64,000 nucleotides of DNA from Anaeramoeba ignava BMAN. Its lineage: Eukaryota > Protista > Anaeramoebae. Location: positions 319,850-383,849 of the forward strand of contig JAPDFW010000073.1 of NCBI GenBank assembly GCA_028826165.1, written 5' to 3'. This document shows positions 13,120 through 28,100 of the stretch, one piece after another. The notes under the pieces were generated by a model. The model did not search any database and was not told where the DNA came from. It saw only the letters and a list, made by a program, of their open reading frames with translations. Made by a program: the position numbers and the translations under genes. Within the stretch, counting starts at the first letter, position 1. Each line of letters begins with the position of its first letter.

Positions 13120-14925
13120 ATGGCATGTTCATCAATATTCATTTTTGATTCAAAAGGAAAAGCATTAATCACACGAAATTACCGGAACGATACATTTTTA
13201 GGGCAAGCCAAACGGTACATTTCGCATTTACTTGAGCAAGCAGAAGAAAACGAGAAGTGTCCAATTAGTGAAGAAAAAGACGGAGTAACCTTTATATACG
13301 TTGAGCACAATTCACTGTATTTTGTTGCAGCCACGCGATACAACACAAACGCAGCAATTGTTGTTGAGTTTCTTTACAGCATTATCAAAGTATTTCAGGA
13401 TTATTTCAAAGAAGTTGAAGAAGAAAGTATTTCTGATAATTTTGTTTTGATTCACCAACTTTTGGATGAAATGATGGATTTCGGTTATCCTCAATTTTCA
13501 GAGGCAAAGGTCCTTCAGGAATATATTGTTTCTGAAACTCATAAGCTTGTTACTTCTGAAAATACTAGTGTTCCTATTGCTGTAACTGGTCAAGTTTCTT
13601 GGAGAAAAGAAGGTATTTCGCATAAAAAAAATCAGGTTTATATTGATGTTATTGAGAAAATTAAAATGACTATTTCTGAACATAATCGTGTTTTAAAGTA
13701 ATTATTATTTCAAATCAAAATAAAAATTAAAATTCATTTATAAAATCAAAATTCATTTTAAAATTAAAATTAAAATTAAAATTAAAATTAAAATTCAAAT
13801 TAAAATTAAAATTAAAATTAAAATTAAAATTAAAATTAAAATTAAAATTAAAATTAAAATTAAAATCAAAATCAAAAACAAAATCAAAATTAAAATTAAA
13901 ATTTAAAATTAAAATTAAATTTAAAATTAAAATTAAAATTAAAATTAAAATTAAAATTAAAATTAAAATTAAAATTAAAATTAAAATTAAAATTAAAATC
14001 AAAATTAAAATCAAAATTAAAATTAAAATTAAAATTTAAAATTAAAATTAAAATTAAAATTAAAATTAAAATTAAAATTAAAATCAAAATTAAAATTAAA
14101 ATTAAAATTAAAATCAAAATTCATTTTAGTTCTGAAATTATTGGTTCAATTATGTTAAATACAGAACTTACTGGAACTCCTCATTGTCATTTAGGATTAA
14201 ATGATAAAATTAGACTTGAAAAGAAAAGCAGTTGTAAATTAAAATTAAAAATTAAATTAAAAAAAATTAAATTAAATAAAAATTAAATTAAAAAATTCAA
14301 AAAAATTAAATTGAAAAATTCAAAAGCAAAAAAACTTAAAAGTTCTCAAATGGATGATATAAAATTCCATCAATGTGTCCGACTTTCCAAATTTGATAGC
14401 GATCGGTCAATAACATTTATTCCACCAGATGGACCATTTGAATTATTATCATATCGAGTATCACGAATAACAAAACCATTATTCACAATTGAAAGTATGA
14501 TTGAAAGACATCCTGGATCAAGAATAGAATATCTTCTTAAAGTGAAATCTTTATTTCGCTCAAACGCAACAGCAACAAATGTTCATGTTTTTATACCAGT
14601 AAATGAAAACGCAGATTCTCCAAAAATTAAATCAAGTTCTGGAAAATGTAAATATGAACCACAAAGTAATCAAATGAATTGGTGGTTCAAAAATTTCGAA
14701 GGAGGAAAAGAACACACAATGAGAGCTCATTTTGGATTGTCTTCTTTCGATCGAAAAGAAGCTGATAAACGTCCTATTACTATTTCTTTTGAAATTCCTT
14801 ATGAAACCGTTACTGGAATTAGAGTTAAATTTTTAAAGATTCAAGAGAAATCTGGTTATACAGCATTACCATGGATTAGATATCTAGTAATTGGAGAACC
14901 AGGTGCTTATGAAATAAGAATTTGA
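13120..14925 (+). CDS. AP1M1: Adaptor complex AP-1 medium (mu) subunit; introns 13698-14129 and 14234-14326
   Basis: EEESISDNFVLIHQLLDEMMDFGYPQ, VSWRKEGISHKKNQVYIDVIE, DDIKFHQCVRLSKFDSDRSITFIPPDG and QEKSGYTALPWIRY. The GT-AG joins keep the frame. Confidence 0.85.
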
Positions 14926-15115
14926 GGGAAAAAAATTTTTTTACTTTTCGGGAAAGTTTTTTTTTTGTTTAAAATTTTTTTCTCCTTTAAAATTTTTTCT
15001 TCATTTTTTTTTTTTTAAATTTTTCTTCATTAAAAAATTTCTTCTTTTCAAAATTAATTTTTTTTCATTTTTTCATTTTTTCATTTTTTCATTTTTTCAT
15101 TTTTTTCTTTTGTTT

Positions 15116-17681
15116 ATGAAATTTCCAGATAGTGATCCTTCAATTATAGATTCTACTGAATCAGGTAGTGATGACGAAAGTCAACATGAAAAAAAAACTG
15201 AACCAACATTAACTTATCATGCACCTTGGCAAGTATACGGATTATCATGGTGTGAAAAACCAGATACATTTACACTTGCAATTGGATCTTATACTGAACA
15301 ATTAAAAAATCAAATGCAAATTATTGATTTTAATGAAGAAAATCAACAATTTTCTGTTGTTTCTACTTTTGAACAATTTTATCCCCCTACAAAAATTAAA
15401 TGGATTCCCCATATTGCTAATACCCCAAATCTTTTGGCTTCTACTAGTGATTCTTTACGTTTGTGGGAAAGTAAAGATGATAATGTTGAGCTTCGTTGTG
15501 AAATGAAAAGTGTATTTATTTTGAAATTAATATTGAAATTAAAATTCATTTTGAAATCAATATTTAAATTAAAATTCATTTATAAAATTAAAATTAAAAT
15601 TAAAATTAAAATTAAAATTAAAATTAAAATTAAAATTAAATTTTAAAATTAAAATTAAAATTAAATTTAAATTTAAATTAAAATTAAAATTAAAATTAAA
15701 ATTAAAATTAAAATTAAAATTAAAATTCATTTTGAAATTAATATTAAAATTAAAATTAATATTTAAATTAAAATTAAAATTAAAATTTAAAATTAATATT
15801 TAAATTAAAATTAAAATTAAAATTAAAATTAAAATTAATATTCATTTTGAAATTAAAATTAAAATTAAAATTAAAATTAATTTTGAAATTAAAATTAAAA
15901 TTAAAATCAAAATTAAAATTCATTTTGAAATTAATATTTAAATTAAAATTATAATTAAAATTAAATTCAGAATCCTTCAATGGAACATTCAGCACCATTA
16001 ACTTCATTTGATTGGAGTAAACAAGATCCCAGAATTATTGGAACATCTTCAATAGATACTACATGTATTATCTGGGATATTGAAACACAAACAACAACAA
16101 CACAAATAATTGCACATGATAAAGAAGTTTATGATATTGCATTTTTTGGAGGAAATAATTCTGTTTTTGGATCAGTTGGTGCAGATGGTTCATTTAGAAT
16201 GTTTGATTTAAGACGTTTAGAACATTCTACTATTATGTATGAAAGTGCTAATTTTAATCCAATTGCTAGATTGGCTTGGAATAATAGAGATTTCTTTTAT
16301 GTTGCTTTAATTTTATTAGATCAACAAAAAGTCGAAATTCTTGATATTAGGTTTGAAAATTTTTACAAAAACATGAAATATTTATAAAATATTTAAATTC
16401 AAAAAAATATTTAAATTCAAAAAAATATTTAAATTTAATTCAATTCAATTAAAATAAATATTTAAATCCAATTAATATTTAAATTAAAATAAATATTTAA
16501 ATTCAATTCAATTCAATTAAAATAAATATTTAAATTAAAATAAATATTTAAATTCAATTCAATTAAATTCAATTCAATTAAAATAAATATTTAAATTCAA
16601 TTCGATATTTAAATTCAATTAAATTCAATTCAAAAATATTTAAATTCAATTAATATTTAAATTCAATAAATATTTAAATTCAATTCAATTCAATATTTAA
16701 ATTCAATTAAATTCAATTCAATTAAAATAAATATTCAAATAAATATTTAAATCCAAATAAATATTTAAATTAAAATAAATATTTAAATTAAAATAAATAT
16801 TTAAATTTAAAAATATTTAAATTCAAAAATATTTAAATTCAATTCAATTCAAATAAATATTTAAATTCAATTAAATTCAAATAAATATTTAAATTCAATT
16901 CAATTAAAATAAATATTTAAATTCAATTCAATTAAATTCAAAATAAATATTTAAATTCAATTCAATTAAATTCAATTCAATTAAATTCAATTCAATATTT
17001 AAATTAAAATAAATATTTAAATTCAATTCAATATTTAAATTAAAAAAATATTTAAATTAAAAATAAATATTTAAATTCAAAATAAATATTTAAATTCATA
17101 TAAATATTTAAATTCAATTCAATATTTAAATTCAATAAATAATTCAATTCAATTCAATTAAAATAAATATTTAAATTCAATTCAATTCAAATAATATTTA
17201 AATTAAATAAATATTTAAATTCAATTCAATTCAATTAAAATTAATATTTAAATTCAATTCAATTAAATTCAAATAAATATTTAAATTCAATTAAATTCAA
17301 ATAAATATTTAAATTCAATTCAATTCAAATAAATATTTAAATTCAATTAAATTCAAATAAATATTTAAATTCAAATAAATATTCAAATTAAAAATATTTT
17401 GATTTAAAAGATCTCCATCACTTCCAATAGCTACACTTGATCGTCATGAAGATTCTGTTAATGCTATTTCATGGGCACCACATTCTTCTTGTCATATATG
17501 TAGTTGTGGAGATGATTCACAAGTATACATTTGGGATATTTCTACAATTCCAAATCCAATTGAAGATCCATTTCTAAGATATTTTTCAAATTCACCAATA
17601 AATCAAATTGAATGGTCTCCTTCAAATAATGAATGGATTGCAATTGCTTCTGATTCAACAGTTCAAGCTTTAAGAATTTAA
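15116..17681 (+). CDS. DCAF7: WD40 protein of the DCAF7/WDR68 (AN11/TTG1) family; introns 15512-15970 and 16351-17410
   Basis: [81 protein letters not shown] and [17 protein letters not shown]. Confidence 0.92.
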
Positions 17682-17841
17682 TCAATCAATTTAATTTTTC
17701 ACCTTTTTTTTTTTAAAACATTTTTTAAACATTTTTTAAACATTTTTTTTTCTTTTCTTTTGTAAAAATTAATTAAATAATTAAAAAATCATTTTTCATT
17801 TTTCATTTTTCATTTTTCATTTAATAATTTAATTTAAAAAA

Positions 17842-19552
17842 ATGAATTTAGATTCTTTTAATTTTTTAGAATTTTTTAATAAACAAAATATGCTTTGGGA
17901 AAATAGAAAAATTTTATTTCAAATTTTAAGAGAATCTTTATTATTAAGAGATTTTTTTACAGCTTCACAAATTATTAATTCAATTTTTGAATTTTTTCAA
18001 GATGATTTGTAATTAGAATTTTATTATTTAAAAACAAATTTTAATTTTAATTTTAATTTTAATTTTTATCTTTATTTTTTTTTTTGAATTAGTGTTTTTC
18101 AAATTATTTTCCCAAGTGTTTTTTATTTATTAAATAAAACAGATAATCCAGAAATTGTTGAACAAATTCCAGATTTATTTCAATTATTAATTCGAAATTT
18201 AAAAATTAATAAAGTGAATTAAAAATTAAAATTAAAATTCATTTATAAAATTAAAATTAAAATTAAAATTAAAATTAAAATTTAAAATTTATTCTTTTTT
18301 TGAAGAGATTTCGAATTTTGTTGGAATATTCTTTATATTCAATTTTAAAAGATGATTTTGATTTTGTTGAAAAAATTTTATTAGAGTATGAAATGAAATG
18401 AAATGAAATGATTATAAAATTTATATAAATTTATTTAAATTTATTTAAATTTCTTTAAAAGATACAAACTTATTAGAAAATTTGAAGAACATTTTCAATA
18501 TGGATTTATTGGATTAATTAAATATGAAGAATGGGAAAAATCAAAATCAAAAGTATCTTCTGAAAGTGCAAGAATGAATCTTTCTTTAGCACTTCCAGAT
18601 TTACCACATGAAGCTTTTGCTTTATATCTTGGAAATGTACAAGAAAAATTTAAATGAAAAATTTAAAATGAAAAATTTTAAATGAAAAAATTTAAAAATA
18701 AATTTAAAAAAAATTTAAAATCAAAAGTTACTTATTCATGAAAATAGATACCATGAAGCTTTTGTATATATAAATAGATTCCGTTTGACAAAAAAAAATG
18801 ATCCAAATCCTGAAAAAATTCTTTCTTCTTTTATTCAAAAAACTGAAAAATTAATTAATGAAGGATCTGATGTTTTAGAAGAATCTTTAATGAATAAAGA
18901 AGATCAAATCAAACTTCATGAAAATATTTTTGCAAAAGATCCAACTTCAAATGATTCTTTTGCATTTCTTCTTCAAAAATATGAAGAAAATGAAGAAAAT
19001 CAAAAATATCTTGAACTCATTCTTGATCGTTTGGATTATTTTAATGATGATAAAAATTTATGGAAACTTTTGGTTTATTTCTTAGAAATTGAACACACAA
19101 AAATTATTGATTACATTCGGAAAAAAAAAAATCAAAATCAAAATTCAAATTCTGATAATGAGAATGATGAAGATGAAAAGAATAAAGTTGGATTTATTGA
19201 AAATAATATAAATCAAAAAATTTTTTATTATGATCTTGAAAAATCACCAAAACCTTTATATTTTTTATCAAGCTTAATTTCAAATGTATTTTCATCAAGA
19301 ATTGAATGGTGGCCAACTTTGCATTTCTCTTCTCATTCATTGAAAATTGATTCAACAAAAATTATTCTTCTTAAATCAAAATGCTCTTTCTTGTTATTTG
19401 GAACAAGAAATCATGAACAATATTCCACTCAAAAAAATCAATATTTAAATGATTCAATTTCTTTATTCATCAAAAAAAAGAACCGTCACGCTTTAAAAAA
19501 ATTACAATCAAGTAGAATTCCATTAAATTTTATTAAAATTCAACTTTCTTAA
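17842..19552 (+). CDS. Probable RNA polymerase I SL1 subunit TAF1A/Rrn11-like; exons about 17842-18008, 18093-18213, 18306-18385, 18462-18636, 18728-19552
   Basis: The spliced frame is open. Motifs GFIGLIKYEEW, NDPNP, LDRLDY...NLWKLL, SRIEWWPTLHFS and KSKCSFLLFG recall animal TAF1A (recognised from memory, not from a search). Confidence 0.6.
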
Positions 19553-19566
19553 AGTTCATTTTAAAT

Positions 19567-22500
19567 CTAAATTTTTTCAAGAGCTTTCTCAATTGAATTC
19601 ATTTCTTCTTCACAAAATAATTTCTCAAGAATGTTTCTTAGATTTAAATCTGAATAATTTTGTAATAGATTTTTAGTTCCCAAGACAAAATATTCAGCTC
19701 CATTTGAATCTTCTTGATTCTCAATTCTTTGTGCATGAATCAATAAAGAAAAAACAACTTCATCTTCATTTTCATCTTCATTTTCATCAATTGATTCATA
19801 ATTGAAAATAATATCTTCTGAAATATCAAGTATTTTAATACAAAGAATAAAACTTCTTGACCAAACCAAATTCATTGAACCAAATGGATCAATTTCTGAA
19901 ATCATTCTTGATAATCCAATCAAACATTCATTTTTATCAATTTCATCTTCAATTTGACTGCAATTTGTTTCAATAATTTCTTCAAAAAATTCACTAAATT
20001 TTTTATTTGAATATTCTATCAATTCTATTGCTTTTTGAGTTTCATATTTACCAATAAAATCTAAAACAAATATTGTAAACAATCGATTATATTTTGATAT
20101 TTTGCATTGATTTAATCCATTTAAAAGTTTCTCAAAAATTTCTCCAATAAATTGATTAAATTGCATTCTATTCCAAAAAAAACAAAAATAAAAATAATTA
20201 CTAAAATAAATCAATTTGAAATTTTCAATTCAAAAACTTACAAATCAAATTGTTTTGAAATTAACAAAAGAAGTTCAAATCCAAATTCTTGAATTTTTGA
20301 AATTTCTAAACATTTACAAATAATAATCCAAAGTTGATTAAATACATTTTCTATTTCTTGATATGGTATTGAGAATTGAGTTATAAAAGAAGAAATAAAC
20401 CGATTCATACAAGGAATTAATGAATAATTTTTTGAAACAATTTGTTCATGAAATGATTGTAAAATGAAAGAAAAAAAATTGGAAAATTTGACGAAATGAT
20501 CTTGATTTTCATTTCCAAAAAATTCCATAATTTGTGAAGCAATTTGAATTGAATATTCTGCAAGTTGCTCATTATTATTGAAAAAAGTGAAATCAATCAT
20601 TTGAAATTCTTTTTCAACAAATTCTGTAGAAACCATTTTCCTCTCAAATACTATTGAATTGAAAACTGAAAGTAATTCAAAAACATAATAATTAAATTGT
20701 GAATTTTGAGAGTTTTTGATTAGCATTTCTACAACTCTACAAATTTGAATAAATAAATCATTAGCATAATTGAATATAAATTCTTTTGAAAGAAGAACAA
20801 CAGTTAAAATTGCTAATTTATCAAAAAGAAAATGAAATGATAATTTTAATTGGAAATCAAAGTTTTTTTTTTTTTTTTTGCTTGAAAAATTGAAAATAAA
20901 TCACCTTTCATTATAATTTCATTTAATTCATTTTCTTTTTCAAAAATATTCCATAAATTATTGAGCATTTCTTTGTAATAAATTTCAATAATTTCTCCTT
21001 TGAAATTCTTTGAGAATTTTCTTGATATATAAAACAACAATTTATCTATCACATAAGCTGTATAAGTTTGGATTGCATAATTTGGGAATTGAAGTATTTT
21101 TATCAAAACAAGTAAAACTTGTTTAAAAATATCAAATGAAAAATTCTTTTTAAAAGTGAAAATGAACTTCAAACTATCCAAAACTAAAACACTATTGAAA
21201 TTATCAAAACCATCATTTTCAAACTCTGGAAGAATAAATTCCTTCAAAATATTCTCAACTGAATCGATATCCAAGTTTTTCCAAAGTGATAATAATAGAT
21301 TAATTGAGATATTTTTGAATTCCCAATTTTCTTTTGGATTTTCTTGATATTTTTGGAAATGAAAATCAATTAAAGAAATTATTAAATTGAGACTAGATGT
21401 GTTCAATGAGCTATATTCTTGAACAAATTCAATAACAGCTCCTTTTCTAGTCAGTGAATCTTCATGACATCCTTCAATTTCCCATCTAATAAAATCTAAT
21501 TGCTCATTTGTATTTATAGGAAAATTCTCTGTAAAATTAATATTTGGAACGATAATCTTTTCAAATAAATTTTGTTGGTAATCTTCTTGTAAAATTTTTA
21601 AATTTTCAATCTTAAATTTTCTACATAAAATTGAGAAAAAATTTGTTCCATAAATAAAAACCTATTGAATAAATATTAAATATTAAATATTAAAAATCAA
21701 TATTAAATATTAATATAATTCCTTTTATTAATAATAACTTTATCAAATTTTTGTTCATTATCTGTATTAAGCAGAATATTAAATACAATTTCAATAAGAA
21801 TTGAAGAATAATTTTCCATTTCAGTTGGATTTCTTATTGTAATAATTTTCAGAAATTTAATCAAAGAAACTTGGAATTTAATAAAATTTTCATCCTTTTT
21901 TTTTTAATTAATAAATTAAAATAAATTTTAAATTATTGTTGTTTTTAAAAATTACAGTTGAAAAATTTGAATTGATTATAATTTTAGAAAAACTTGAAAT
22001 TAATTCCTCCATATTTTTAAAATTGTTTCTTGGAATTCCATGGAAAAATATTGAATAAAATATCTAAAACAAAGAAATTGTTTTTTTTGCCATTAATTAA
22101 AATTAAAGAAGATTCAGAACAAAAAGAAAAATCACTTTTAAAATTAATCTTAATATTTGAATTAAATCATCTACAGGTTGAATTGAATAATTTTCCACAA
22201 TCAAATTAAATAATTGAAACAAAGAATTACAACTCTGAATAACTTCATTAATTTCCTTTTCAAATTCCAAATTCATTGAATAATATTTATATCTAAAAAA
22301 AAAACAAATATTTTTTTTATTCTCTTCTTTTTAATCATTCAAATTTTTGGTTTTTTTCTTTTTTGAAAATTAAAAGATTTTTCACTTTTTTAAAATGGAA
22401 TGAAGTATAAAACAAATGATCTTAATTTTTCCCAAATCATCATTATTTAAATTCAATACAAGTTCCTGATTTTTTTTTTTTTTTGAATAATAAATTTTTT

Positions 22501-23060
22501 CTTTCTTTTAAAATGATCTAAAATATTATATTAAATACTGATAAAAGAGAACTCCAATTTATTGGGAATTCATTTTGAGATATTATTCTAATAATCTCTA
22601 CAAGTTGTTTTTGTATTCTAAATTGTGAATTAAATACAAGTAATAAAATATTTTCTTTGATAAAATCAATTTCATTTTGAGCAACTTGAATTTTCTTTTA
22701 AAAATTAAAAAGAAATTTAATAATTAAATTTATGATAAAATTTTTAGTTATTTTTATGTACTTGTTCAAAATGTTGTTTTAAGATATTTTTTAGCCATAA
22801 AATTGAGGCTAATTTTATTGATTGTGAAACATTTTGTTGCAAAAAATTAAATAAATCTGTTACAAAATTAGATTTTTTTTGAAATGAATCCAAATCAATT
22901 AAAATTTCTATTTATATTTTTTTTTTCAAATTAAATTAAATTTTTAAATTTTTTTTTAATTTAATTTTTATTTACGTTTTTGAGTTTCTTGATTATTTGG
23001 AATTAAAGTTTGTTTAAAAATATTTTCTAAAAAATTAAATATTTGATTTTTTTCTTGCAT
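19567..23060 (-). CDS. CSE1: Divergent exportin-2/CSE1 (importin-beta family), multi-exon
   Basis: IBN_N-like IKLASILWLKNILKQHF and IQKQLVEIIRIISQNEFPINW; LDFIRWEIEG...TRK, YQENPKENWEFKNISINL, VLDSLKFIFTFKK and IQTYTAYVIDKLL. Confidence 0.75.
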
Positions 23061-23174
23061 TTTAATTTTAAAAACAAAATGAAAAAATGAAAAAAAATAA
23101 TTTTGGATTTTTTTCATTTTTTCATTTTTTCATTTTTTTATTTTCTAATTAACAAAAAAAAAAAAAAAAGAAAA

Positions 23175-24903
23175 ATGGAAGAAAAAAAAGACTTAAATTT
23201 TTTAAAATCAACCAAACTTGTTTTAAATTATCTTGAAGAAAAAAAATACACAAAATTAAAAACAAAACTTGAAAAAATTGCAAATATTGAAAAAAAAGCA
23301 TTTCCAATTGAAATGAAAGAAAAAATTTTAAAAGGAGAATTTGAAACAGTTGAAAAAATGATAAAAAATTGCGATCCAAATGAATTATTTAAAGAATATT
23401 TAGAATTACAAAAACAAAGTTGGCAAATTGAGTTGAATAATCAAATAGAAGAAATTCCATTTCCTAGAGTAAATCAAAGCATGTGTTATGATGAAAAAAA
23501 TGGAGTGATTTATTTACTTGGAGGAGATGATTCAATTGATCAATATAATGATTTTTGGAGTTTTGATTTAAATACAAAAAAGTGGAGTTTAATTGATAAT
23601 CATTTCCATTATATTAATGATTCAAATCAAAAGGAAATTGTTGATTCAAGTTTTAATGGATATTATAAGTTGTTTTTTGACTCAAAAAATGGGAAATTAT
23701 ATGCTTTCCAAATTTTAATTGATTCTCAATCCGATCAAGAAGAGAATTTCAAATTTTTTCAATATCAATTCGAAATGAATGTTTGGAAAACGATTGAATT
23801 TGAAAAAAAAGGTGATTTCCTGCTATTCAAGCATATTTATAATGAAATATTATTTGATTCAAATGAAGGAAAATGTTATTGTTTTTGTGGAAATGAATTC
23901 CAAATTAATTCCTTTTATTGTTTTGATCTTAATAATTTGAATTGGATTCGACTCAAAGAAATGAATCCAGAAAAAGAAGATGATTTCCAATTTTTTGTAG
24001 ATAGAAATGATTGTAGTTTAATGATAGATGAAAATAATTTTGGCAAAAAAGTAAATTAAAAATTAATATAAAATTTATAATTAAAAAAAATTAATATTAA
24101 AATTAAAACTAAAACTAAAACAGACGATAATTATATGTGGAGGTTGTGGTAATGATTTCCGTTCTGATTTGGTTCTTTATGATATTCAAAAAGGAAAAAT
24201 TTCAACTCTTCATGAAAATATTTACAATTATGGAATCCAAAAAAATTCAATGATTTATGGATTCAATAACGAAAAAGATGGTGAAATTTATATTTTAGCA
24301 ATGAATAATGAAAGAAACATCAAAATTCCACAAAGAGAATTATGGAATTATTCGATCAAATTGAATAAATGGAAAAAATGCAATTTAGAAACAAAATTCA
24401 ACAAATCAAACCGAGAATTGAGTTGCAATATTACTCAAAGTTCAATGATTTACGATCCAAAATCAAACTCAATATTTTCTTTTTTTGGCATTTTTCACAA
24501 TCAATATCAAAAAGAAAATTCCGAAAAAAATTACTTTCCTGATCAATTTGAACTTATTTCACCTTTTCATCCTCAAATTCAAATTCAAAAAAAAAAAGAT
24601 CCAAAAATTCTTTTGGATGAAATTATTTTTGCTTTAAGAAAAAGAGCTTTTAAAGAAATGATTTATTCTCATACAAAAGAAGAGTCAACAAAATATTTTC
24701 AAGAAATGATTCAACCTTTATCGATTAAAGAAGATTTTTTTTCAAAAGAAGAAATGAAGAAATTGATTCAAAAACTTTATTTAAATGAAAAAATGAAAAA
24801 AAATAATGGATTGAAAAGAATTAAGAAAAGAAAGAAATTATCCGATTATTTATTTAAATTTTTTCCTGAACAAGTTAAAGAGAAAATAGTTGATTTTCTT
24901 TAA
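23175..24903 (+). CDS. Muskelin-like LisH/CTLH-kelch protein lacking the N-terminal discoidin domain; intron 24051-24123
   Basis: KLVLNYLEEKKY...ILKGEFETVEKMI...LFKEYL, kelch PRVNQSMCYD...IYLLGGDD...NDFWSFD, and C-terminal RKKLSDYLFKFFPEQVKEKIVDFL. Confidence 0.7.
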
Positions 24904-25161
24904 TCAATTCAAATTCAATAAAAACAAAAACAAATAAAAATAAAAATAAAAACAAAAACAAAAATAAAAATAAAAATAAAAATAAAAATAAAAATTAAAA
25001 ATAAAAATTAAAAATAAAAATAAAAATAAAAACAAAAATAAAAATAGAATTAAATTAAAAATAATTTTTCTTGAAAAATAAAAACTTCAGTATTTCTTTA
25101 TAAAACTTTCAAAAAGAAAAACAAAACATTGAATTCAAAAAAAAAATATAAAAGTGGAATA

Positions 25162-28100
25162 TTATTTAATTTTTCTTGGAGTTGCTTTAAAATCTACAAC
25201 TTCAGTTGTTGATGATTCTCCATTTGGAAATTGTGTATACATTTTCACAAGATCTCCTGGAACATCTTCAGACATCCAAACTAAATGAGTTGTTCTTTCT
25301 GAATCATCGTTAATTGTAAATCCTTGATATTTTATGCATTTTACTGATTTTTTAGATACTCTAATTTCGTCATTTAATTTAATTACAACCTAAAATTTAA
25401 ATTTAAATATTTTTTCAATTTAATTTAAATATTCAAATTAAATATTCAATTTAAATATTCAAATTAAATATTTTTTCAATTTAAATATTCAATTTAAATA
25501 TTTTTTCAATTTAAATATTCAATTTAAATATTTTCGGAATTTAAATATTTTTGGAATTTAAATATTTTCAATTGAATTTAAATATTTTTTCAATTTAAAT
25601 ATTTTTTCAATTTAAATATTTTTGGAATTTAAATATTTTTTGAATTTAAATATTTTCAATTTAAATATTTTTGGAATTTAAATATTTCCAATTTAAATAT
25701 CCAATTTAAATATTCAATTTAAATATTTTTGGAATTTAAATATTGAATTTAAATATTTTTGGAATTTAAATATTCAATTTAAATATTTTCAATTTAAATA
25801 TTTTTGGAATTTAAATATTCAAATTAAATATTTCCAATTTAAATATTTTTAATTTAAATATTTTCAATTTAAATATTTTTTGAATTTAAATATTTTCAAT
25901 TTAAATATTTTTTGAATTTAAATATTTTCAATTTAAATATTCAATTTAAATATTTTTCAATTTAAATATTTTTCAATTTAAATATTTTTTCAATTTAAAT
26001 ATTTTGAATTTAAATATTTAATTTAAATATTTCCAATTCAAATATTTTCAATTTAAATATTCAATTTAAATATTTTCAATTTAAATATTTTCAATTTAAT
26101 TTAAATATTTTTTCAATTTAATTTAAATATTTTCAATTTAAATATTCAATTTAAATATTTTCAATTTAAATATTTTTTAATTTAAATTTTCAATTTAAAT
26201 ATTTTTTAATTTACTCTTTCACTATAACTTTGAGTAGGTTCATTTCTAACTACTGTTTTAATTGGAAATGATATTTTTTCAGCTACCCATTGACTTCTTT
26301 CTATTGAATCTAATCCTTCAGAAATTGTTTTCCAAACAGTACATTCAAACCATTCATTTTCTATACTAATTAATTGAACTCCATATTGAACCTAAAATTA
26401 ATTATTAAAATTATTAAAATTATTAAAATTATTAAAATTATTAAAATTATTAAAATTATTAAAATTATTATTATTATTAAAATTATTAAAATTATTAAAA
26501 TTATTAAAATTATTAAATTCAAACTTTTGGAGTAGATGGAGAATATAACATCATATCATCATCTTGATCATATCTCAAAGTAACAGTTTTATTAAGAGGT
26601 TCTTTATTAGAATGAGTAGTTTGTTGAATTTGAAGGGAATATTTATTAACATTAACAGATTGAAGAGTATAAGTAATATATCTAGAAGTAGTAGCATCAG
26701 TATTTTTCCAAGTTTGAGTTTTAACATAAGAACCAGGTTTCCAAAAACCCCAAGAATGTCTTTCAATTGGGAATTGAGTCCGTTGAAGTTTTTTTGCTTT
26801 CTTGATATTTTCCGAATTTGTACTTGATTCATTTCCTAATAATTTCGCACAATTATCACATACTCTTACTGGGTCAAAAAACCCATATTTTGGTATTGCT
26901 CGTCTTTCTGTTGAACATTTTGAACAGAAAATTAATCCACAATTTCGACAATGATGTCGTCTTAATGTTACAGTGAATGGTGCTTTGCAATTCATACATA
27001 CAGATGATTCTTTGTCAACTAACCAGATTGGCTTTTCTAATTTATTGTATGCTAATTTTCGTGGATCTTTATTGGTTATTATATTAATTTGTGTTTTCAT
27101 TTTCCATCCAATTTCTTTATTTAATTTTAATTTTAATTTTAATTTTAATTTTAATTTTAAATTCAAAACGAATTTTAATTTTAATTTTAAAATGAATTTT
27201 AATTTTAATTTTAAATTTAATTTTAAAATGAATTTTAATTTTAATTTTAAAACGAATTTTAATTTAAATTTAAATTAAATTTTAATTTTAATTTGATTAA
27301 CCTTGTAATCCTCCTTGTAATTTTAAATGATTTAATTCATCTCCTAAATGTAATTCTTTGAAAATATTTGCATTTCTATTTAATTCATCATTCCAAAGAA
27401 ATTCTCTAGTAATTTCAAAAGCTCTTTTAGATCTCATCCAAAGAATAAAATCACTTTTTTTTGAAACTGAAATTAAATATATTGAAAAAGCAGTTGAATC
27501 CAAAACTCTAAATCCAAGTCTAGATTCAACAATATTATCACCAACTTTTCCTGGAATAATTGCTGTTCCATAATATCCTTTAATTGTTTGTGAAAGTGAA
27601 TCAAGATGTGGTTTTCCATTTACCCAACCTGTTAATGCTGATGAATGTTTAAATTCCTTTTATAATTTTAATTTATATTTTAATTTGATTTGATTTTAAA
27701 TTAATTTAATTTTAATTTATACTTTAATTTTAATTTATATTTTAATTTAATTTTGATTTAATTTTAATTTCAATTTAATTTCAATTTAATTTTAAATTCA
27801 GTTTCTTGTTTACTTTAATTTAATTTGATTTCAATTTATAATTTTAATTTATATTTTAATTTAATTTGATTTTATTTTTTAATTTAATTTAATTTTGATT
27901 TGATTTAATTTTAATTTTAATTTAATTTTAAATTCAGTTTCTTGTTTACTTTTCCTTGAATAAAAACTTTATTTGCTGTGAATTCAAATCCACTTTGTTC
28001 AAGTTCCTAATTAATGAATTATTATAAATAAAATTGAATTCATTTTTTCAATATATTTTTTACTTGTAAAGCTTGTTCAATTAATATATCTAATGGTTTT

